DNA of 64,000 nt from Clostridia bacterium (GTDB lineage: Bacteria > Bacteroidota > Bacteroidia > Bacteroidales > 4484-276), in assembly GCA_009928785.1 (NCBI GenBank), contig SABY01000006.1, positions 1,930 to 65,929 on the forward strand. The letters are read 5' to 3'. Of the stretch, positions 20,418 through 30,339 are shown piece after piece. The notes under the pieces are model-generated. The model made no database searches and was not told the origin of the DNA. It worked only from the letters and a program-made list of their open reading frames with translations. The position numbers and the translations under genes are program-made. Numbering within the stretch: the first letter of the stretch is position 1; each line of letters begins with the position of its first letter.

Positions 20418-22844
20418 CTATTGGTTAATACGCATTTTGTAAAACGAGCGATACACAAAATAGAGTGCAACGAGCAGGAATACTACGCCCACATAAGGAG
20501 CATATTCGCGGAATCCTTCGGCCAGCGATATTTCCATGGCCAGCAAACCAAACAGTGTTGTAAACTTGATGATGGGATTAAGGGCAACGGAAGAGGTATC
20601 TTTAAAAGGATCGCCCACGGTATCGCCAACCACGGAGGCAGCGTGTAGTTCGGTACCTTTTTCTTTCATATCCACTTCAATTACTTTTTTGGCATTGTCC
20701 CACGAACCACCTGCGTTGGCCATAAAAATGGCCTGGTACAATCCAAAGAATGCAATGGAGATAAGATAACTTATAAACAGCGACACGGGCAGGTTGCTTT
20801 CGGAAGGTGCCGAGAGCAGTGCAAATGCCATCGCGAAGGAGAAGATAGCGATAAAGATATTCCACATCCCTTTTTGAGCATACACGGTACAAATTTGCAC
20901 CACCTGCTTCGACATTTCAACGTCGGCTTTCTTGGGAGCATTGGGATCGAGATTGATATTTTCCTTGATGAATTCAACAGCGCGGGCAGCTCCGGTGGAT
21001 ACGGCCTGAATGGAAGCACCCGTAAACCAATAGATGACCGCTCCGCCCAGCAGAAATCCCAAAATTGTGTAAGGATTCAGCAGATTGAGAATTTCAGCAG
21101 GATCAACACCCAGCGTATCTCTTATCACCAGAATCAGCGAAAAGATCATGGTGGTAGCGCCTACCACAGCAGTGCCTATTAAAACAGGTTTGGCCGTGGC
21201 CTTAAAAGTATTACCCGCACCATCATTGGCTTCGAGATAATATTTCGACTTTTCAAAATCGGGCGTAAAGCCAAAATCTCTTTCTATTTCAGCCGACACC
21301 CCTTCGCGTTCTTCTATCAGCGAAAGCTCATAAATGGATTGTGCGTTGTCGGTTACCGGGCCATAACTATCCACGGCAATGGTTACCGGGCCCATGCCCA
21401 ACATACCAAAAGCCACCAGGCCAAAAGCAAAGATGGAGGGATAGTCCATAAATGCGCCCAAACCAAAGGTGCTGGCATAATAGGCTGAAAACATCAACAC
21501 AAAAAATACCATGCCCAGCCAAAAAGCGCTGAAGTTTCCGGCTACCAATCCCGAAAGAATGTTGAGCGAGGCGCCACCTTTTTTGGAAGCTTCTACAACT
21601 TCATTTACATGTATCGACTTGGGGCTGGTGAAGAGTTTGGTAAATTCTGGAATGAGCGCTGCACCAAGCGTGCCGACGCTGATAATTACCGAAAGGATGA
21701 CCCAGAGGTTGCCAGGCAGATCACTAATGACGAAATAGCTAATGACAAAAGTTACAATTATTGAGAGCAAGGATGTAATCCATACCAGTGAGGTAAGTGG
21801 CTTCTCGAAGTCGAGGTCATCGGCATGTTGGTATTTTGCTTTGGTAATAGCATTGTTGATCCAGAAAGAAACTACAGAGGTTACAATCATCAGGATGCGC
21901 ATAAGGAAAATCCACATCAGCAACTGCACCTGCAGGGCTTCGCCCACTACAGCCAGAACGATAAAAGAGATCAAAGCTACACCGGTTACGCCATAGGTTT
22001 CAAAACCGTCGGCGGTGGGGCCGACGCTGTCGCCGGCATTGTCGCCCACACAGTCGGCAATGGTGCCGGGGTTGCGCGGGTCGTCTTCACCAATTTTAAA
22101 AATCACCTTCATCAGGTCGGAGCCGATGTCGGCAATTTTGGTAAAGATGCCGCCTGCGATCCTAAGCACCGAAGCACCCAACGATTCGCCGATGGCAAAA
22201 CCAATAAAGCTGGCGCCGGCATATTCGCCTGGTACAAAAAGCAAAATGATAAGCATCATGATCAGTTCGAGCGAAATCAGCACCACGCCGATGCTCATTC
22301 CGGCATTAAGCGGAATATTCAACAACTTGATAGGCTTACGCTCGAGCGATGCAAAAGCCATGCGTGAGTTGGCCAGCGTATTCATGCGGATGCCAAACCA
22401 GGCTACACTATAACTGCCCAGAATACCTACCACAGTCCAGCCCAATATCATCAACACGCCACCTACGCCAAAAGAATTTTCCATAGTTACTTTGCCTGTT
22501 ACAGCGTCGATAACCTCATGTTGCGATAGGTAGCCAAAATAAAAAGCTACGGCAGCGCCGATGAATAAAAACAAAATCGACAAAAATTTCCCTTGTTGTA
22601 TCAAGTAGGTTTTGCCGGTTTCGTAAATTACATGTGCCACATCGAGCATCGACTGGTGGGCTTTGATTTTTTTGACTTTTACAAACTGATAAAGCCCGAA
22701 CATAAAGCCAGCCAGTGTTATCAGAAAGCCCCAGTAAAGAATAGATTCGTCTTTGATGCCTGCAGGAATAACCAGGTTGGCTTCGCTTGCAAAAGACATT
22801 GCGGGTAGCAGAGCTGCTGCCACGAACGTAAGGATTTTTTTCAT
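20418..22844 (-). CDS. hppA: Membrane-bound proton/sodium-translocating pyrophosphatase
   Basis: Multi-TM protein with GDNVGD-type motifs (DCVGDNAGDSVGPTADGFETYG, VGDTVGDPFKDTS, GGSWDNAKK). Start taken at MKKILTFVAAALL (22844). Confidence 0.93.
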   Translation of the reverse strand: MKKILTFVAAALLPAMSFASEANLVIPAGIKDESILYWGFLITLAGFMFGLYQFVKVKKIKAHQSMLDVAHVIYETGKTYLIQQGKFLSILFLFIGAAVAFYFGYLSQHEVIDAVTGKVTMENSFGVGGVLMILGWTVVGILGSYSVAWFGIRMNTLANSRMAFASLERKPIKLLNIPLNAGMSIGVVLISLELIMMLIILLFVPGEYAGASFIGFAIGESLGASVLRIAGGIFTKIADIGSDLMKVIFKIGEDDPRNPGTIADCVGDNAGDSVGPTADGFETYGVTGVALISFIVLAVVGEALQVQLLMWIFLMRILMIVTSVVSFWINNAITKAKYQHADDLDFEKPLTSLVWITSLLSIIVTFVISYFVISDLPGNLWVILSVIISVGTLGAALIPEFTKLFTSPKSIHVNEVVEASKKGGASLNILSGLVAGNFSAFWLGMVFFVLMFSAYYASTFGLGAFMDYPSIFAFGLVAFGMLGMGPVTIAVDSYGPVTDNAQSIYELSLIEEREGVSAEIERDFGFTPDFEKSKYYLEANDGAGNTFKATAKPVLIGTAVVGATTMIFSLILVIRDTLGVDPAEILNLLNPYTILGFLLGGAVIYWFTGASIQAVSTGAARAVEFIKENINLDPNAPKKADVEMSKQVVQICTVYAQKGMWNIFIAIFSFAMAFALLSAPSESNLPVSLFISYLISIAFFGLYQAIFMANAGGSWDNAKKVIEVDMKEKGTELHAASVVGDTVGDPFKDTSSVALNPIIKFTTLFGLLAMEISLAEGFREYAPYVGVVFLLVALYFVYRSFYKMRINQ

Positions 22845-23100
22845 AAATAAATTGATGTTTTGTGTTAAGTTTTGTTTGCCGTGGGCAAATGTAGTTTTAT
22901 TGGCCACAAAGAAACATTTTCTTACAACAATTTAGAAGAAATTTAGATAAAAAATTGTAAGTGGCTCGGAGGCATACAAAATGAAGGCGGGATTTTTCGG
23001 TTTAAAAATGATTATTAAAAAAGGAAACAATGAATTGATTTATGTAAATCCAAAGTTGATGTTTTGATTTGCATAAATAAAATGTTTTACTTTTGCAACT

Positions 23101-24270
23101 ATGATCAAACGCAAAATTCAGCAAACGCTAGTAGAACTTGCATCGACATACCCGGTGGTTACAGTTACCGGACCCAGACAGGCAGGCAAAACCACCTTAG
23201 CAAAAATGGTTTTCCCAGACTATAAGTATTGTAACCTCGAACATCCGCAAACTCGTTTGCTTGCACAGCAAGACCCGGTAAGCTTTTTTAAGCAATATCC
23301 TGAACCATTAATCATCGACGAAATTCAACATGTACCGGGCTTGCTATCATACATTCAGGTTAAAGTTGATGAAAAGCGTGAAAACGGGCAATACATTCTT
23401 ACCGGAAGCCAACATTTAAATGTAAATGTGGCCATCACACAGTCACTGGCTGGCCGTACTGCATTGCTCACCCTGCTTCCGTTCTCTATCGAAGAAGCCA
23501 CTGAAGCTACTGAAAATAAGCTTTCGAGAGATGCCATGCTTTTTAGCGGGTTCTTACCTCGCATTTATGATCAGCACCAACAGCCAGGTGTTGCTTACCG
23601 AAACTACCTGCAAACGTACGTTGAACGCGACGTGCGGCAATTGCTAAACCTTAAAGACCTGCAAACTTTCGAAAAGTTCTTGCATTTATTGGCCGGGCGT
23701 ATCGGGCAGATCGTTAACCTTAATGCACTTGCCAATGACACAGGAGTTTCGGCAACAACAATTTCAAACTGGCTATCGGTGCTTGAAGCATCCTATATAA
23801 TTTACAGGCTTGCGCCCTTTTATGAAAACCTGGGTAAGCGCCTCATAAAATCACCTAAGCTCTACTTTGTTGAAACCGGTCTTGCCGGCTATCTTCTGGG
23901 CATTGAAGATCAAAAGATGGTAGCTCGGGATCCTTTGCTGGGTGGCTTATTCGAAAATATGATCGTTATTGAGGCGCTTAAACACCGACTCAACCAGGGA
24001 ATGAATCCAAATCTGTACTTTTACCGTGACAGCAATGGAAACGAAGTAGATTTAATTTTAAAAAGGGGTCGGGAATTGTATCCTGTAGAAATTAAAGCTT
24101 CAATGACATGGCATAAGGGTTTTACAAAAAACATTCACCGTTTTCATAAGCTTACCAATACTAATGCTGCCGGGTGTGTAGTTTTTGGCGGAGAACTTCA
24201 ATTTACATCCGATGATGGTGTAAAAGTTTTTGGATTTGACCATTTTTTAAACTATCTTGAAAACTTGTAA
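23101..24270 (+). CDS. AAA-family ATPase with C-terminal DUF4143-like region
   Basis: Walker A GPRQAGKTT and Walker B LIIDEIQ. The layout is common to the standalone 'ATP-binding protein' genes of Bacteroidota. Confidence 0.75.
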   Translation: MIKRKIQQTLVELASTYPVVTVTGPRQAGKTTLAKMVFPDYKYCNLEHPQTRLLAQQDPVSFFKQYPEPLIIDEIQHVPGLLSYIQVKVDEKRENGQYILTGSQHLNVNVAITQSLAGRTALLTLLPFSIEEATEATENKLSRDAMLFSGFLPRIYDQHQQPGVAYRNYLQTYVERDVRQLLNLKDLQTFEKFLHLLAGRIGQIVNLNALANDTGVSATTISNWLSVLEASYIIYRLAPFYENLGKRLIKSPKLYFVETGLAGYLLGIEDQKMVARDPLLGGLFENMIVIEALKHRLNQGMNPNLYFYRDSNGNEVDLILKRGRELYPVEIKASMTWHKGFTKNIHRFHKLTNTNAAGCVVFGGELQFTSDDGVKVFGFDHFLNYLENL

Positions 24271-24282
24271 AGTGAGGCTGCG

Positions 24283-24990
24283 CTACCCCGTGCGACTGAT
24301 GGTTTCGAGCTGATCGGGCATGATGATATTCAGCAAATTTCCTTCCATTACAATGAAGCCTTCACTTTGGAATTTGGCGAGTGCCTTGGCAGTACTTTCA
24401 CGCGTGATGCCAATCATACTGCCCATTTCTCTGCGCGTAAGCGGCAGTTCAAATGTATTATTACCGAACACGATGCGTGCAAAATAAAGCAGCACGTCGG
24501 CCACTTTTCCATAGGTTTGTTTTGCATTGATATTCAAGAACCGATGATGACCGCTAAGACTGTCGCGGCTAACCGAGGCGAGTATTTCGTAAGCAAATAC
24601 GTTGTTGGTGTGCACCAGGTTTTTGAAAGCTTCAACTTCGATCAAGCACACATGCAGGTCAGCGAGGGCTTTGTATGAATAATGATTAACACCCTCGCTA
24701 AATAACGAATGCAGCCCCAGATAGGAGCCACTCTTCACGATCTTTATAATGCGATTTCGCTGGCTATCGTCGCGATAATATTCCATCACCAATCCCTTTC
24801 GCAAATAGATAATGTGTGATGTGGGCATGCCCTGGTGGGAAAGATGCTCGCCTCGTGCCAGCCACTTTTCGTGCGAATTGTTTTGCAAAAGGCTTATCTG
24901 CGATTGAGAGAGAGAAACCACCGCACAGAAACCTTCGTTGCAAAGCAAGCATCCTGCATCAGCGACTTTTCGTTTTGTTTTGGCTGGCAT
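24283..24990 (-). CDS. Crp/Fnr-family transcriptional regulator with N-terminal Cys cluster
   Basis: cNMP-binding-like beta-roll and a C-terminal HTH (REMGSMIGITRESTAKALAKFQSEG). CLLCNEGFC lies near the N-terminus. Start taken at MPAKTKRK (24990). Confidence 0.8.
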   Translation of the reverse strand: MPAKTKRKVADAGCLLCNEGFCAVVSLSQSQISLLQNNSHEKWLARGEHLSHQGMPTSHIIYLRKGLVMEYYRDDSQRNRIIKIVKSGSYLGLHSLFSEGVNHYSYKALADLHVCLIEVEAFKNLVHTNNVFAYEILASVSRDSLSGHHRFLNINAKQTYGKVADVLLYFARIVFGNNTFELPLTRREMGSMIGITRESTAKALAKFQSEGFIVMEGNLLNIIMPDQLETISRTG

Positions 24991-25303
24991 CGTTCCAAAG
25001 TTTAATGGTAGCAAAGATAAACTTTTCGGTGGGGTGTGATATATTTCACACCCTGCTCATTGGGACATCATTGGTGTTTTTTGTCGGATTGGTTGCGTAC
25101 AACAGCAAAAAAGAAGATTGCGTCGGCACCATGCCCCAGCTTTGATCAGTTTGTTTTGGCCATACAATCGATCCTAAGATAATTCCCGATTGCAATCTTT
25201 TTGCACCGTTTTTCTTTAATAAAAAAAAGGAGCGATGGTTTCACCTCCACTCCCCTCTCCCATTAAAAAAGATGGTCTTTTTATAAATACGCAATCGACA
25301 GCA

Positions 25304-26989
25304 CTATTTTATTTTTCCATCCACCAGCGCCACAATTTCGTGTTCGAGTGCTTCGGCGGCTTTTTCTATCTCGCGGCCTTCGCTGATTAGTTTTTCCACA
25401 AAATCTTTATCATCAACACCCGAAGCATTGATGCGCACATTCATGTAGGCTCCTCTTACAGCAGCCCTGGCACAAAGTGCACCTACACCTGCATCCGATA
25501 CCGAGTTGGGATTGCCAACGGTGGCCATGGCTTTCATCACCTGCATCGACTCGTATGACTTTTTCATCACCCGGAAGGGAATCTGCATCGCATATTTCGA
25601 AGCCTCTTCGATGGCCTGCTTGCGATTGGCCTTTTCCTGGTCGCTGTTTTTGGGCATCCCGAAAGCATCCATAATTTTGTTGAAAGCGCGCGTATCTTCA
25701 TCCACCAGATGCAGCAACTCATCTTTACATGCCTGACCTTTTTCGGCCCAATCAGAAAACTCTTCCCAACGTTCGTCCCAGCCACGTTTGTGTGAACTCA
25801 GGTTGGCTACCATCGTACCCAACGACACACCCAATACGCCCGCATACGCTGCAATAGAGCCACCGCCCGGTGCCGGCGATTCAGAGGCCGTTTCGTCGGC
25901 AAAAGCTGTAAGGCTCATGTCCACCAGCTTTTTGTTCTGCTCGGCTGCAATCATGTATTCGATGATTTTTTCCTTTGGAATGAAAGGTTTCAGATCATCC
26001 AGCCCAAGAGATTTTACAGCAATTTTTATCAGTTCCGATTCCGAAACGCCAACAGATCGTTGCTGCTTGCGCAAAAAGTACTTTCCGGCGTCGAGTAGCG
26101 CCTTGAGCGGCACCAGACCTACCAGTTCCGATCCCGTAACACGCACACCACGCTCGGCAGCTTTGCGGCTTGCCTCTTCAAAGGCCACATGCACCGGCGT
26201 GATGCTGATGTTGGTAAGATTGAGCGAAATCTGCGCTATGCCGTATTCTTCGATAAACCAGCCAATACCTTTCACCGATTTAAGGGTTCCGGGCGTGAAA
26301 ACTTTATTGCCCTGTTGGTCAACAACTGCTTTGCCCGTAACGGGGTTACCTTCGCGCTTCACGCGACCTTTTTCGCGAATGTCGAAAGCAATTGAGTTAG
26401 CACGGCGGGTGGAAGTGGTATTAAGATTGACATTGTAAGCCACCAAAAAATCGCGTGCTCCTACGGCGGTAGCGCCACTGTGGGCATTGAACTCTGCCGG
26501 ACCAAAATCAGGTTTCCATTCAGGCTTTCCCAGCCTGTCGGCCAGTCCTTCGTATTCGCCTGCGCGGCATACAGCCAGGTTGCGGCGTTTATCAATCAGG
26601 GCGGCACTTTCGTAACAATACACTGGTATCTGCAACTCCTCACCTATGCGTTTTGCCAGTTTGCGTGCATACACTACAGTTTCTTCCATGGTAATGTTGG
26701 CCACCGGCACCAATGGACACACATCGGTGGCGCCCATGCGCGGGTGCTCTCCCTTGTGCGTGGTCATATTAATAAGGTGTGCTGCTTTTTTTACAGCCAG
26801 AAACGCTGCCTCTATCACCTCTTCGGGTGTGCCTACAAAAGTTACCACCGTGCGGTTGGTGGCTTTACCAGGATCCACATCGAGCAGTTTTACGCCTTCT
26901 ACCGTCTCTATCTCGTGAGTAATCTGCCGGATGATATTCATGTCGCGGCCTTCGCTAAAGTTGGGAACGCATTCGATTAGTTGTTTCAT
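25304..26989 (-). CDS. ftcD: Bifunctional glutamate formimidoyltransferase / formimidoyltetrahydrofolate cyclodeaminase
   Basis: N-terminus MKQLIECVPNFSEGR is diagnostic of formiminotransferase. The C-terminal ~200 aa helical domain (SESPAPGGGSIAA...) matches cyclodeaminase. Confidence 0.88.
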   Translation of the reverse strand: MKQLIECVPNFSEGRDMNIIRQITHEIETVEGVKLLDVDPGKATNRTVVTFVGTPEEVIEAAFLAVKKAAHLINMTTHKGEHPRMGATDVCPLVPVANITMEETVVYARKLAKRIGEELQIPVYCYESAALIDKRRNLAVCRAGEYEGLADRLGKPEWKPDFGPAEFNAHSGATAVGARDFLVAYNVNLNTTSTRRANSIAFDIREKGRVKREGNPVTGKAVVDQQGNKVFTPGTLKSVKGIGWFIEEYGIAQISLNLTNISITPVHVAFEEASRKAAERGVRVTGSELVGLVPLKALLDAGKYFLRKQQRSVGVSESELIKIAVKSLGLDDLKPFIPKEKIIEYMIAAEQNKKLVDMSLTAFADETASESPAPGGGSIAAYAGVLGVSLGTMVANLSSHKRGWDERWEEFSDWAEKGQACKDELLHLVDEDTRAFNKIMDAFGMPKNSDQEKANRKQAIEEASKYAMQIPFRVMKKSYESMQVMKAMATVGNPNSVSDAGVGALCARAAVRGAYMNVRINASGVDDKDFVEKLISEGREIEKAAEALEHEIVALVDGKIK

Positions 26990-27343
26990 TTTATAATTTT
27001 TTATCAATTTTGAAAAATCCAATTAGAAAACGGCAAAAGTAAGGAACACCGGGGAGGTGGCGAAATGTTTTTTATAAGTATCCGGCAAAATCTCAAAAGG
27101 CGCCGCAGTGCATGATTGCAATGTGAATTACTAAAAGAATTGAGGAAACAGGTATCAAAATAAAAAAACTATCTTTGCAACCGATTTATAATTTTGAGCT
27201 TTAGTTTACTAGATTACCTTGTTGTTCTTAGTACCTCACTGCCCGCTTGCATAAATCCATTTTAAACATTTTGAAGATTTTTGAGTTTAATATCTCAGAC
27301 ATTTTGAATTACAAAAATTACTTTAATTAAATTTTATCAGACA

Positions 27344-27604
27344 ATGAACATTTATGTAGGAAACCTTGATTTCAAGGTAAATGAAAACGACCTGGAAGGG
27401 TTATTCGAATCGTATGGCAACGTAAGTTCAGCCAAAGTTATCGTGGACAAATTCAGTGGCAGAAGCAAAGGTTTTGGTTTTGTTACCATGGATGATGATG
27501 AAGAAGCCAAACAGGCTATCAAAGAATTAAACGGCTCTGCATTCCAAAGCCGCGACATTATCGTGAACGAAGCACGTCCGAAAAGAACCGATTACGACCG
27601 ATAG
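27344..27604 (+). CDS. RNA-binding protein with single RRM domain
   Basis: RNP-2 IYVGNL and RNP-1 KGFGFVTM. Confidence 0.9.
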   Translation: MNIYVGNLDFKVNENDLEGLFESYGNVSSAKVIVDKFSGRSKGFGFVTMDDDEEAKQAIKELNGSAFQSRDIIVNEARPKRTDYDR

Positions 27605-27636
27605 TCGGAGCCATCAAGTGTGTGCCTCCGATTTTT
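27605..27636 (+). terminator. Terminator candidate after the RRM gene
   Basis: TCGGAG (27605-27610) pairs with CTCCGA (27626-27631), then TTTTT. The stem is short and the loop is 15 nt, so support is moderate only. Confidence 0.4.
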
Positions 27637-27858
27637 GCGGAAGCATTACATTTTGAAACACACGAAAGTCGGCTCAGGTTGCCGACATGCACAAACCGAA
27701 AAAACTTTAGAGAGGACAATACAACATTTGAAACCTTTAAATCGGAATTGATGACAATACCCATTCACGGCTGCGGCACGGGATGGGTATTGTTTTGATA
27801 TTAAGTCAGCTTTATCAGATTAAAAAAAATAAAAACTTAAAAGGATTGAAATAAATTT

Positions 27859-28308
27859 ATGGGAAGATCACAAGACACTTTTAACAAAAAAGAAGTAAGA
27901 AACAAGCAAGAGAAGAAGCGAAAAGAAAAAGAAAAGAAACGGCTTGCAAAGCGCGAAACTGACAAGAAAGGCGGCATGGATGATATGATTGCCTATGTGG
28001 ATGAGTTTGGTCGCCTAAGCGAAACGGCTCCCGATCCTTCCCAAAAACAAGTAATTAATGCCGAAGATATCGAAACGGGTGTTCCCAAACGCAACAACGA
28101 ACCACTGGATCCTATTCGCACCGGAACGGTAACTTTCTTCAACGACAGCAAAGGCTACGGTTTTATCCGCGACAGCGAAACCAAAGAAAGTGTTTTCGTT
28201 CATGCCGTCAACCTGCTCGAAGATATAACTGAAGGCAACCTGGTTCGCTTTGAGGTAGAAATGGGGCCCAAAGGCATCGCCGCTGTTCGGGTATCGATTA
28301 AAAAGTAA
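27859..28308 (+). CDS. Cold-shock-domain protein with Lys/Glu-rich N-terminal extension
   Basis: C-terminal CSD (GTVTFFNDSKGYGFIRD...VFVH) and N-terminal KKEVRNKQEKKRKEKEKKR. Confidence 0.85.
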   Translation: MGRSQDTFNKKEVRNKQEKKRKEKEKKRLAKRETDKKGGMDDMIAYVDEFGRLSETAPDPSQKQVINAEDIETGVPKRNNEPLDPIRTGTVTFFNDSKGYGFIRDSETKESVFVHAVNLLEDITEGNLVRFEVEMGPKGIAAVRVSIKK

Positions 28309-28318
28309 ACAATACCAA

Positions 28319-29992
28319 ATGTACAAATACTCCCCGCTGACCTTTGGCAGCATTTTGCCCGAGGTGGTCAGCAAATACAGCCAGATGCCCGCTCTGGGCT
28401 ATGTCGGCGAAACTCCTCTTACTTATCACGATCTGGGTCAGCATCTGAATGCCCTGATGGCTTTTCTGGAAGAAATCCACATCGTGCCCGGCAACAAAGT
28501 AGCTATCCTAAGCCAAAATATGCCCAATTGGGGCATCACTTTTTTTGCGCTTCAGCGCATGGGAATTGTCGCCGTGCCACTCCTCCCCGATTTTAGCACC
28601 CACGAAATTTCTAATATTATCCGCCACGCTGACCTGGAGGCCATTTTTGTATCGGAAAGTTTACAGTACAAGATTGATGCATTAGAAAATCCATTCGTCG
28701 GAAAAGTGATTCTTCTGGACGACTTTGATTTGATTAATAATGATAATAAAACGGTTTTTGATATTAATAAAAAACCAATCGAAAACTACTTTCCCACTGA
28801 AGATGAGCTGAGTATTCTGCTTTACACTTCCGGTACCACCGGTGAGCCAAAAGGCGTTATGCTTTCGCAGAAAAATGTGATCACCAACGCCATCCAGTCC
28901 AACGCCGTGCAGCCGATATTGCCAGGCGACAAATTTCTGAGCGTGCTGCCACTGTCGCACACCTACGAAAATACCATTGGCCTGGTGCTGCCAATTATGA
29001 AAGGCGCCAATGTGAGTTATCTGCGCAAGCCACCCACCGCCAGCGTATTGGTGCCGGCCATGCAAGCCGTACGCCCCGACATCATGCTTACGGTTCCTAT
29101 GATCATCGAAAAAGTTTATAAAACGAGCATCTTTCCGGAGATTCAAAAAAAGGCTACTACGCGGCTGCTCACCAGGTTTGCCCCTACCCGACGGCTGATA
29201 CATCGCCTGGCAGGGCGCAAACTGATGAAAAAATTTGGCGGAAGGCTTAAATTTTTTGGTATCGGTGGCGCCAAGCTCGATGCCACCGTCGAACAGTTTT
29301 TGCGAGAAGCACATTTTCCTTATGCCATAGGTTACGGTCTTACCGAAACGGCTCCGCTTCTGGCAGGGTCAAACCCACAAAACACGCGCCTGCAAGCCAT
29401 CGGCCCGGCAGTGGTTGATTGCGAATTGAAGATTGCTAACCCAAATCCCCGCACCGGCGAGGGCGAGATATGGGCCAAAGGCGCCAATGTCATGCTGGGA
29501 TATTATAAAAATCCTGAGCGGACAAGCGAAGTATTTTCAGAAAATGGCTGGTTCAAAACCGGCGACCTGGGCGTATTCGACAGCGACGGCTACCTTAGCC
29601 ACAAAGGACGCCTCAAAAATATGATCGTCGGCGCCAACGGTGAAAATATCTATCCTGAAGAGATTGAAACACTCATCAACAATTTCCGTCATGTGCTCGA
29701 GTCGTTGGTGGTAGAGCAAAAAGGTAAGCTGGTGGCTATGGTTCACTACAATCGCGAGGAGCTGGAGCTTAAGATGAAAGAGATGAAGGCCGACATTTCA
29801 CAAAAAGTGGATGAGAAAATCGAAGAGATCACAGCACGTGCCGACAAAGCCGTGGAAGAACTCACCCGCGAACTGCACCAATATATCAACAGCAGGGTCA
29901 ACAAAATTTCGCGCATCCACCTGATGGTAGAGCACCGCGATCCTTTCCAAAAAACCGCTACCCAGAAAATTAAACGATACCTCTACGGGTAG
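28319..29992 (+). CDS. AMP-dependent synthetase/ligase (long-chain fatty acid-CoA ligase-like)
   Basis: AMP-binding signature LLYTSGTTGEPKGVML, plus YGLTE and GWFKTGD motifs. Confidence 0.88.
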   Translation: MYKYSPLTFGSILPEVVSKYSQMPALGYVGETPLTYHDLGQHLNALMAFLEEIHIVPGNKVAILSQNMPNWGITFFALQRMGIVAVPLLPDFSTHEISNIIRHADLEAIFVSESLQYKIDALENPFVGKVILLDDFDLINNDNKTVFDINKKPIENYFPTEDELSILLYTSGTTGEPKGVMLSQKNVITNAIQSNAVQPILPGDKFLSVLPLSHTYENTIGLVLPIMKGANVSYLRKPPTASVLVPAMQAVRPDIMLTVPMIIEKVYKTSIFPEIQKKATTRLLTRFAPTRRLIHRLAGRKLMKKFGGRLKFFGIGGAKLDATVEQFLREAHFPYAIGYGLTETAPLLAGSNPQNTRLQAIGPAVVDCELKIANPNPRTGEGEIWAKGANVMLGYYKNPERTSEVFSENGWFKTGDLGVFDSDGYLSHKGRLKNMIVGANGENIYPEEIETLINNFRHVLESLVVEQKGKLVAMVHYNREELELKMKEMKADISQKVDEKIEEITARADKAVEELTRELHQYINSRVNKISRIHLMVEHRDPFQKTATQKIKRYLYG

Positions 29993-30057
29993 GTTTTGTG
30001 TAGCTCATCGGTAGCATTTCAATAACCCTACCTTTCATGGCCAGACCCCCCTCTAAC

Positions 30058-30258
30058 TCCTCCGTCAGCCGACGGAGAGGACGCCAGCACCCAAGCCATC
30101 AGGGAGGGCGGGGTCGGAAAGCACTGACTGAAACCGGTGGGCTTTAGCCCGCACTACTTTTACATCAGTCTCTTTCAACGAACTCATCATAACATGCTTT
30201 TTTTTTGGGCTAAGGCCCACTGAAATACTTTTGCCTTTTAATCCCCGGACATCCGGGG
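30058..30258. repeat. Cluster of REP-like short palindromes
   Basis: CTCCGTC-AGCC-GACGGAG (30060-30077), GGGC-TTTA-GCCC (30139-30150), TGGGCTAAGGCCCACTGAA (30206-30224, the inverse of the 4131 unit) and CCCCGGACATCCGGGG (30244-30258). Confidence 0.6.
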
Positions 30259-30339
30259 TTAGTGATCAGACTGTCACAATATTTTATATCCGAGCCATCC
30301 TACCACATTACCACCTCAACCAGTCTTTTACAGCCATTA

